A stretch of DNA of 64,000 nucleotides from an uncultured Solirubrobacteraceae bacterium (GTDB lineage Bacteria > Actinomycetota > Thermoleophilia > Solirubrobacterales > Solirubrobacteraceae), in assembly GCA_963739115.1 (NCBI GenBank), contig CAVTZB010000002.1, positions 84,338-148,337 of the forward strand, read 5' to 3'. A program made the translations under genes and the position numbers. This document shows positions 57,648 through 64,000 of this stretch, piece by piece. Numbering within the stretch: position 1 is the stretch's first letter; every line of letters begins with the position of its first letter. Below the pieces are notes generated by a model. The model was not told the origin of the DNA, did not search any database, and saw only the letters and a list, made by a program, of their open reading frames with translations.

Positions 57648-58994
57648 ATGCCAATCCGCCGAGCCCTCATTGCACTCTTCGTAGCCGCAGCCACGCTGCT
57701 CGCCCCGAGCGTCGCAGCAGCCTCGAACCGCGACGGTGCGCTGCGCGCCTGCGCCGCCGGCAAGCTGAAGCTGCACCTGAACGTCTCACGCGCCGAGACA
57801 TCCGCCGCCGGAGGGCCCGCGGGCACCGCTGCCACGGTCGTCAAAGCCGAGCTCGCGGAACTGCAGGCCGCGGCAAACGGCGTCTGCCCCAGCAGCGCGT
57901 CAGCGTCGGTGCGTGCGCAGGCCAAGCACCTGCTGTCGCTGTACCGGCACGGCTCGCGCGCGAACGCTCATCGCACCCTTAGACGTCTGCTCGCGGCGTT
58001 CCGCACACACGCGCGCAAGAGCTCGAGAGGTCCACGCGCCCGCGTAGCGATGGGAGGCTGCGAATTCGAAGGCTCGGTGCACGTCCACCCAGGGGAAGCC
58101 CCCGGCGTCGCCGCCGACCTCGCGGCCGCGCGCGCGGCGCAGCAGGGAGGCGACGCCGCCGGCGCCCGCGAAGCGCTGAGCGCCGCCGATCGCGCATACG
58201 AAAAGTGGGTGCAAGCGGGCGCAGGGGGAGCGCAGAGCGCCGGGGACTGGCTCGCGATCGCCGCCGCGGCTCAGATGCTCGGGCTGGAAGGGGTCGCCAA
58301 CAACGCCATCGCCCACGCCGATCGGATCGGCACCGAAGCGCTCGAACAGTGCGAGAAGCTCGACCCGTGCTCGCTCACACCGACCAGCGCACGGGGGCTG
58401 CTGCGCACGGTCACGTTCGCGATGCTGCTCGGCATCGAGACGCCGGGCGACGAACAGGCGCTTTCCCCCCTGCTCGAAGCGGCGCAGGAAGTTCTGAACG
58501 GCCGGACGCCCAACGGCTGCGAGCAGTGGTCGCTCACGGCCAGGCTCACGGCATCCGACGGCTGGAGCTTCAACTGGGGCCCCGGGGCGTTCCGCGTCAA
58601 TCGCAAGACGGGCGTGATCGCAGATGCGCCCGGCGCCGGCGCGGGCTGGCCGGGCGAAGTGGCCGCGTTCTCGGGCCCGTGCACAGAAAACGGCGCGGTC
58701 GTCGGAAGCGGCACCGTGCCGGCGGTTCCGTTTCACTTCAACATCTCCGGAAGCGTCACCGCCAGCGGCTTCTCACTGGCGATGCAGAGCAGCGACGCCC
58801 ACATAGCGGTCAGTGTCATCGGCCCGCCTGGGTGCCACTTCCTGGGAGAACTTGGCGAAGAGTTCGTCAACGCGTTCCTGACCTCACCGTTCCCGGTGGA
58901 GCTGAGCGTGTCACCCGGTCAGACGAGCGCCTCGCTCGTGCTGCCGCTCGAAGAAAACGCCGCGATCACGGTCACCGCGACCCGCACGAGCTAG
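57648..58994 (+). CDS. Secreted 8-Cys protein of unknown function
   Basis: Signal peptide MPIRRALIALFVAAATLLAPSVAAA; helical N-half, beta-rich C-half. Confidence 0.72.
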   Translation: MPIRRALIALFVAAATLLAPSVAAASNRDGALRACAAGKLKLHLNVSRAETSAAGGPAGTAATVVKAELAELQAAANGVCPSSASASVRAQAKHLLSLYRHGSRANAHRTLRRLLAAFRTHARKSSRGPRARVAMGGCEFEGSVHVHPGEAPGVAADLAAARAAQQGGDAAGAREALSAADRAYEKWVQAGAGGAQSAGDWLAIAAAAQMLGLEGVANNAIAHADRIGTEALEQCEKLDPCSLTPTSARGLLRTVTFAMLLGIETPGDEQALSPLLEAAQEVLNGRTPNGCEQWSLTARLTASDGWSFNWGPGAFRVNRKTGVIADAPGAGAGWPGEVAAFSGPCTENGAVVGSGTVPAVPFHFNISGSVTASGFSLAMQSSDAHIAVSVIGPPGCHFLGELGEEFVNAFLTSPFPVELSVSPGQTSASLVLPLEENAAITVTATRTS

Positions 58995-59043
58995 ACGCGC
59001 GGACGGAGGCGAGGGCGATGGCGAGGCCGGGGGATCGCCTGCG

Positions 59044-60873
59044 TCACGTCGCGGTCGCGTCTGCGACGGCGCTCCACACGCGGCGATGCATCCGCACGTT
59101 CTCGGCGCGGTCGCTCTGAACCTGCACGATCGTCGAGCCGACGTCGGGCGAGAGCGCGTGCTCCAGCGCGGCACGGAGCTCGCCGGTCGTGGCGACCGCG
59201 CGATGCTCCAGGCCGTACAGCGCCGCCGCCCGCGTGAAGTCCAGGCCGGTGGGCGTGGCGATGTGGCGCGTGTAGATGTCTTCATCGTCGTCCGCGCGCT
59301 CAGGTGCGCCAGCCGTGTCCCGCTCGTCGGAGCTGGCCGAGGAGCGTGCGACGCTCGCGCCGGACACCGGCAGGAAGTCGAAGATCCCGCCGCCGCCGTT
59401 GTCCACCAGCACGATCGTCAGCTTCAGGCCCGGCCGGGTCGCGGCGAGCAGGCCGCCGATGTCATATGCCAGCGCCACGTCGCCGATCAGCAGCACGGTC
59501 GGACCGTCGCCGTGTGCCGCCGCCCCGAATGCCGAGGAGACGGTCCCGTCAATGCCGTTCGCGCCGCGGTTGCACAGCACGCGTGGCGGGTCCGCGCGGA
59601 CCGGCCAGAACGTCTCGATGTCGCGCACGGGCATTGACGATGCGACGAACAGCGTCGCCTCCGCCGGCAGCAGCACGCCGAGCTCGGCCGCCACTCGTGG
59701 CTCGCTCAGCTGATCACCGTCGAGTGCGCCGACGATCGCCTCTGCGGCGCGCTCGTCGGCGCTGCGCCAGCTCGCGAGCCAGTCCTCTTCGGGGCGCGCG
59801 CCCTCGCCGGGGTGCTCCGCAAGCGACTCGGCCAGCTGGAAGAGCGCGCTCGCCGGCTCGAGCGCGAGGGACTCGTGCAGCACCGACGCGGGATCCTGCC
59901 ACGCGCCCTCCGGATCGAACGCCATCTGGCGCACGCCATCGAGGCCCGCGAGCCACGTTCGCAGCGGCTTGGACACCGGGAGATCGCCCACGCGCAGCAC
60001 GAGGTCCGGTCTCAGCGACGCGGCGAGTCGCTCGTCGCGTAGCAGCGCGTCGTAATGGGCGATCGCCGCTTCTCCTCGCCGCGCACCCGACAGCGGATCG
60101 GCCAGCAGCGGCCAGCCAGATGCAACGGCGAACTTGGCCGCCGCACGACCGAGGTCCGTGTCACGCTCGTGGCGTCCGGCGACGAGCACACCCCGGCGCG
60201 AGCCGGCCACCAGCTCGCTGAGGTGCGCGTCCGAGGCGTCCTTGCCGGCCCATCCCGGTCGGGAGGGGAACCGGCGCACCACGTACGGCCCGCCGTCGCC
60301 GCGGCCGCTCGTGTCCTCAGGCAGCTCGTCCTCGCTCACCAGCGGCTCGCGCAGCGGGAAGTTCAGGTGCACCGCGCCCGGGCGGCCCTCTAGCGCGGTC
60401 CAGTACGCGCGGCACGCGAGCGTGCGCATCCAGCGCAACTGCTCGGCGCCCGCCTCGTGCACGCCGACCTCGAAGAACCACTTGGCCGCGCCGCCGAACA
60501 GCTTCAGCTGGTCGATCGCCTGTCCGGCGCCATTCTCGCGCAGCTCCGCCGGGCGGTCGGCGGTGAGCAGCAGCAGCGGCACGCGCGCCTCGCGCGCCTC
60601 GACCGCCGCGGGAAGCAGCTCCGCGGCGGCGGTGCCCGACGTGCACGCCACGGCCACCGGCAAGCCCGACGCCTTCGCCAGCCCCAGCGCGAAGAAGCCC
60701 GCGCAGCGCTCGTCCACGTGCGAGTAGGAGCGCACGCGCGGCTCACGCGCGAGCGACAGCACCAGCGGCGCGCTGCGCGAGCCCGGCGAGGTGCACGCCG
60801 CGCGCATCCCGCAGCGCGCGAGCTCGTCGACGAACGCCCGCAGCAGTGTGTACATGTCGGTGGTCGGGGTCAT
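59044..60873 (-). CDS. menD: SEPHCHC synthase
   Basis: SPGSRSAPL, DERCAGFFALG, CTSGTA, TADRP, QAIDQ, NRGANGIDG, GDVALAYD, NGGGGIF. Confidence 0.95.
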   Translation of the reverse strand: MTPTTDMYTLLRAFVDELARCGMRAACTSPGSRSAPLVLSLAREPRVRSYSHVDERCAGFFALGLAKASGLPVAVACTSGTAAAELLPAAVEAREARVPLLLLTADRPAELRENGAGQAIDQLKLFGGAAKWFFEVGVHEAGAEQLRWMRTLACRAYWTALEGRPGAVHLNFPLREPLVSEDELPEDTSGRGDGGPYVVRRFPSRPGWAGKDASDAHLSELVAGSRRGVLVAGRHERDTDLGRAAAKFAVASGWPLLADPLSGARRGEAAIAHYDALLRDERLAASLRPDLVLRVGDLPVSKPLRTWLAGLDGVRQMAFDPEGAWQDPASVLHESLALEPASALFQLAESLAEHPGEGARPEEDWLASWRSADERAAEAIVGALDGDQLSEPRVAAELGVLLPAEATLFVASSMPVRDIETFWPVRADPPRVLCNRGANGIDGTVSSAFGAAAHGDGPTVLLIGDVALAYDIGGLLAATRPGLKLTIVLVDNGGGGIFDFLPVSGASVARSSASSDERDTAGAPERADDDEDIYTRHIATPTGLDFTRAAALYGLEHRAVATTGELRAALEHALSPDVGSTIVQVQSDRAENVRMHRRVWSAVADATAT

Positions 60874-60884
60874 AGGATCCTCAG

Positions 60885-61631
60885 ATGCCAGAGAGCGTCG
60901 TGTTGCTGCACGGATTCGGCGGCACGCACCGGGTGTGGGACGCCGTCGGCGCGGTGCTAGATGGGGAACGCTACCGGCCGCTGGCGTTCGACCTGCCCGG
61001 GCACGGCGAGGCGGCCGACGCGGCGCGCCCGATCACCGTCGGCGCGTGCGTCACGCACGTGCTAGCGCACAGCCCCGAGCGCTTCATCCTGTGCGGCTAC
61101 TCGCTGGGCGGGCGCGTTGCGCTGCACGTCGCGCTCGCCGCGCCCGAGCGCGTCTCGCGGCTCGTGCTCGTCTCGAGCACCGCCGGCATCGAGAACGAGG
61201 ACGAGCGCGCCGAACGCCGCCGCGCTGACCACGAGCTCGCCGATCAGCTCGAACGCATCCCATACGAGCGGTTCATCGAGCGCTGGCGCGCGCAGCCGCT
61301 GTTCGCACAGGACCCCCCCGAGGTGCGCGCGCTCGCCCGCGAGGACCAGCGGCGCAACCGCCCCGACGCGCTTGCCGCAGTGCTGCGCGGCATCGGCACT
61401 GGGGAGATGCAGCCGCTGTGGGACCGGCTGGGCGAGCTGCGCATGCCGGTGACGGTGATCGCCGGTGAGCGCGATGCGAAGTTCCGCGCGCTCGGTGCGC
61501 GGATGGTGGAGCTGGCGCCCGTCGCCAAGCTGGTCGTCGTGCCCGGCGGCCACGGTCTGGCGCTGGAGAGCCCCGTGGCGGTCGCGAGCGTGCTCGCGCT
61601 TGAGGCCGAGGACGCTCCCGAGCCCCGCTAG
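60885..61631 (+). CDS. menH: SHCHC synthase (alpha/beta hydrolase)
   Basis: LLHGF, DLPGHG, GYSLGGRVAL, W..QPLF, GERDAKF, GH; adjacent to menD. Confidence 0.85.
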   Translation: MPESVVLLHGFGGTHRVWDAVGAVLDGERYRPLAFDLPGHGEAADAARPITVGACVTHVLAHSPERFILCGYSLGGRVALHVALAAPERVSRLVLVSSTAGIENEDERAERRRADHELADQLERIPYERFIERWRAQPLFAQDPPEVRALAREDQRRNRPDALAAVLRGIGTGEMQPLWDRLGELRMPVTVIAGERDAKFRALGARMVELAPVAKLVVVPGGHGLALESPVAVASVLALEAEDAPEPR

Positions 61632-62221
61632 GCCGACTGGCGCTGGGGAAGCTCGACCGCCGGCAGCCCGTCGAGGCTCGTGCTGTTCTTCTCGCGCTGG
61701 TAGTCGAGCAGCGCCTCGGTGCCGCCGACGCGCACCTTCTTCTCCGCCCACGCGTCCGCGTGCGGGCGCAGGCCCTCGAAGCTCATCAACGGCACCCCGT
61801 ACCCGCACGAGTCCGCCACGCGCGTCACATCCATCAGCACGATCGCGCGGCGCGCGGCGGCGACGCGCGGCTCCTGAAATGCGCACCGGGCGGCGAGCAC
61901 GTCGAAGCGCGCGTCGCTCGCGAGGATCGTCTCGCCGTGTCCGTGCAGGCGCACGATCCGCGGAGGCCCCGAGAAGGCGCACAGCATGATCACCAGGCGT
62001 CCGTTCTCGCGCAGGTGCGCGATCGTCTCAGCACCGCTCCCGACGACGTCGAGGTACGCGACCGTCCGCTCGTCGAGCACCCGCAGCGTGTCGATCGGGC
62101 CCTTCGGGGAGACGTTCACGTGCCCGTCAGGATCGAGCGGCGCGCTGGCGACGAAGAACAGCGCCTGTGCGCCGATCCACTCCGACAGACGCGCGTCGAT
62201 CCCGTCGAAGACCTTGCCCAT
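61628..62221 (-). CDS. Pyridoxamine-5'-phosphate-oxidase-like FMN-binding protein
   Basis: FFVASAP...HVNVSPKG, YLDVVGSGAETIAHLRENGRLVIMLCAFSGPPRIVRLHG, SCGYGVP. Confidence 0.85.
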   Translation of the reverse strand: MGKVFDGIDARLSEWIGAQALFFVASAPLDPDGHVNVSPKGPIDTLRVLDERTVAYLDVVGSGAETIAHLRENGRLVIMLCAFSGPPRIVRLHGHGETILASDARFDVLAARCAFQEPRVAAARRAIVLMDVTRVADSCGYGVPLMSFEGLRPHADAWAEKKVRVGGTEALLDYQREKNSTSLDGLPAVELPQRQSA

Positions 62222-62298
62222 CTGGGGAGGATATCGGCGTCGCCAGGCTTGCCTCGAAGGCGCGCCCGCGAACGGCGCCCGTGTGTGGGCGGCGCTCG

Positions 62299-63366
62299 CT
62301 ACCGGGCGACGGCCTTCGCGATCGACGACAGCGTGTTGAATGACGGGCGCGGCCGGCTGCTGCTGTCCATGAACCCGAAGTCGCCGGTGCCGTCGTCGTG
62401 GGACTGGTACCACCAGATGCCACCGACGTGCGGGTCGGCGAGCAGAGCGCTGTAAGCCGCCTGCATCTTGCTCGCCTGCTGGCGCTCCGAGCAGGCGCCC
62501 AGGGTTGCGCCGCAGCGCGACAGGTCGAAGCCGATCTCGGTCACGTAGAACGGCGGGATCGACCCGAGCACCGCCTTGGCGACCGATTCCTCGGCGGCGA
62601 CAGCCGCGCTTCCCGAGTCGTCGTGGGAGTTTTCTCCCACAGCGCCGTATGGGTGCACGGAGATGCCGTTGGTGAGGATCGCGGCGGCGAGCCCGGGCAC
62701 GCCGGTGACGGCGTCGCGCAGCCAGCCGCCGCCCTTCGCGTCTTCAGACCAGCCGCCCGGGTCGGCCCAGCTCCCCAGCGGAATGTCGCCGGTCATGTCG
62801 AAGAGCAGCGGAACGTGGAGGCCGGCAGCGTGCATGTCCTCGACGGCGGCCAGGTACATGAGCCCGTACTGGATCGGTTCGGCCACGTTGCCCTTCAGGT
62901 AGACCTCGTTTCCGGCTTCGGCGATGCTCACGCCGCGATCGGACTCGAGCTCGGAGACGACTTCCGCGCCCCACCTGCTGGGGTTGACGGCGCTGAGCGG
63001 CGTCGCGTCGTCCGGGTTACCGACGATCCCAAGCACTTTGAAGCCCTCGCGCAGCGAGATCCCGAGCATGTTGTAGCGATGGCCGAGTTCGACACGATTC
63101 CAGGTGATGTGCCCGTGGAGGATCGTGCGGGCGGCGCGTGGACCCCAGCCCGCGGCGTCGTTGGTCCCGATGATCACCTTGTGGATGTTGGGCAGGACCG
63201 AGCGTGGGTCTCGCCCGCGCTGTACCGCGCTCGCGCCGGGTAGCTGGGTGGCAACTTGTGGCGCCACCCGGCGCTCCATCTGCAATCCGTCTGCGGGCAG
63301 CTTCGAGCTCGAGCTCGGCAGCGCCAGCGCGAGCAGACCGAAGAGCACGATGACGCGAGCGCTCAG
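62299..63366 (-). CDS. Secreted clan GH-A-like glycoside hydrolase
   Basis: Hydrophobic N-terminus; acid/base-like AGNE, HPY, nucleophile-like VTEIG, WWY, FG. Start uncertain (63366 or 63348). Confidence 0.7.
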   Translation of the reverse strand: MSARVIVLFGLLALALPSSSSKLPADGLQMERRVAPQVATQLPGASAVQRGRDPRSVLPNIHKVIIGTNDAAGWGPRAARTILHGHITWNRVELGHRYNMLGISLREGFKVLGIVGNPDDATPLSAVNPSRWGAEVVSELESDRGVSIAEAGNEVYLKGNVAEPIQYGLMYLAAVEDMHAAGLHVPLLFDMTGDIPLGSWADPGGWSEDAKGGGWLRDAVTGVPGLAAAILTNGISVHPYGAVGENSHDDSGSAAVAAEESVAKAVLGSIPPFYVTEIGFDLSRCGATLGACSERQQASKMQAAYSALLADPHVGGIWWYQSHDDGTGDFGFMDSSSRPRPSFNTLSSIAKAVAR

Positions 63367-64000
63367 AACGCCGCGACCCCCAGCCCGGGCTCGCTCGGAA
63401 GCGCGATCCGTCCGTCGTATGCCGGCAGCGGATTCTCGAGCTCCGAGAACAGCTCGAGCGTCGCGAGGCCGCAGTGCGGCATCGGCCCGCGCGAGGCGAG
63501 CGCGGCGGCGGCGTGCAGCGCCGCGGCCACGCCCAGCGGTCCGTCGAGCGTCGAGGCGAGGTACACCTCCGCGCCGTGGGCGCGCACGAGCGTGGCCGCG
63601 ACCAGCAGGCTCGCGATCCCGCCGCAGCGGGAGATCTTCAGGCACACCGCGTCTGCGACCCCGGCGCCGAGCGCGCCCGGCTCGCCCGCCGTCTCGTCGA
63701 TCGCAACCCTGACCGCGACCCGTTCGCGCACCGCCCGCATACCTTCGAGACCGTGCGTCGGCTCCTCGACGAGCTCGAGGCCCGCTGGGGACAGCGCGTC
63801 GATCGCCCTGACGGCCTGCTCCACGCTCCACGCACCGTTGGCGTCCAGGCGCAGCTTCGCAGCGGATCCCGCCGCGGCGCGCGCGGCGGCGACTCGGCCC
63901 GCGTCGTCGCCTACGCCGACCTTGAGCTTCAGACACTCGAAGCCGTCGTGCACCGCGCGCGCGGCCTGCTCGGCCACGCCCGCGCGGTCGAGCGCGGAAA
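63363..64000 (-). CDS. menC: o-Succinylbenzoate synthase / enolase superfamily (5' end beyond window)
   Basis: KLKVG, LRLDANG, VEEP, IDE, CLK, ASTLD; men context. Confidence 0.8.
   Translation of the reverse strand, partial: SALDRAGVAEQAARAVHDGFECLKLKVGVGDDAGRVAAARAAAGSAAKLRLDANGAWSVEQAVRAIDALSPAGLELVEEPTHGLEGMRAVRERVAVRVAIDETAGEPGALGAGVADAVCLKISRCGGIASLLVAATLVRAHGAEVYLASTLDGPLGVAAALHAAAALASRGPMPHCGLATLELFSELENPLPAYDGRIALPSEPGLGVAAF

Overview
High-GC (roughly 70%, by eye) actinobacterial chromosome. Gene content and protein style suggest Thermoleophilia/Solirubrobacterales (inference, not searched). Bases 1-17.8 kb are accessory: ethR/ethA-like BVMO plus P450; a glycosylation island (secreted protein, GT-C, PilZ-less processive GT2, PG-binding protein); GNAT, M28 and S1 proteases; a hydrolase; a divergent sulfatase/Stf0-sulfotransferase pair; XRE, IclR-HTH and DsbA-like genes. 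Bases 17.8-56 kb are mostly core: thrS-infC-rpmI-rplT-trmH-pheST-argCJBD-GNAT-argG, dnaE, nfo, gltX, HDOD-LuxR (in-frame TGA), Rrf2-cysK, permease, cysE, pcrA, folD, haloalkane dehalogenase, gatCAB, VIT1/MbfA-like, ilvBN. Bases 56-64 kb hold classical men genes (menF, menD, menH, menC) interleaved with secreted proteins. No rRNA, intact tRNA, transposase, integrase or CRISPR array was seen. Best leads: (1) a MIRU/REP-like hairpin element present twice inside operons, with covarying terminal stems, CATG(A) duplications and bridging mini-ORFs; (2) a 72-bp synonymously AT-recoded patch at pcrA motif III, plus a Walker-B D-to-N change; (3) a sigma28-type promoter before an HDOD-LuxR gene broken by TGA; (4) a small ORF followed by hairpins with anti-SD loops after gatB; (5) tandem IdeR-like boxes before a ferritin-less MbfA-like gene. 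All counts were done by hand.
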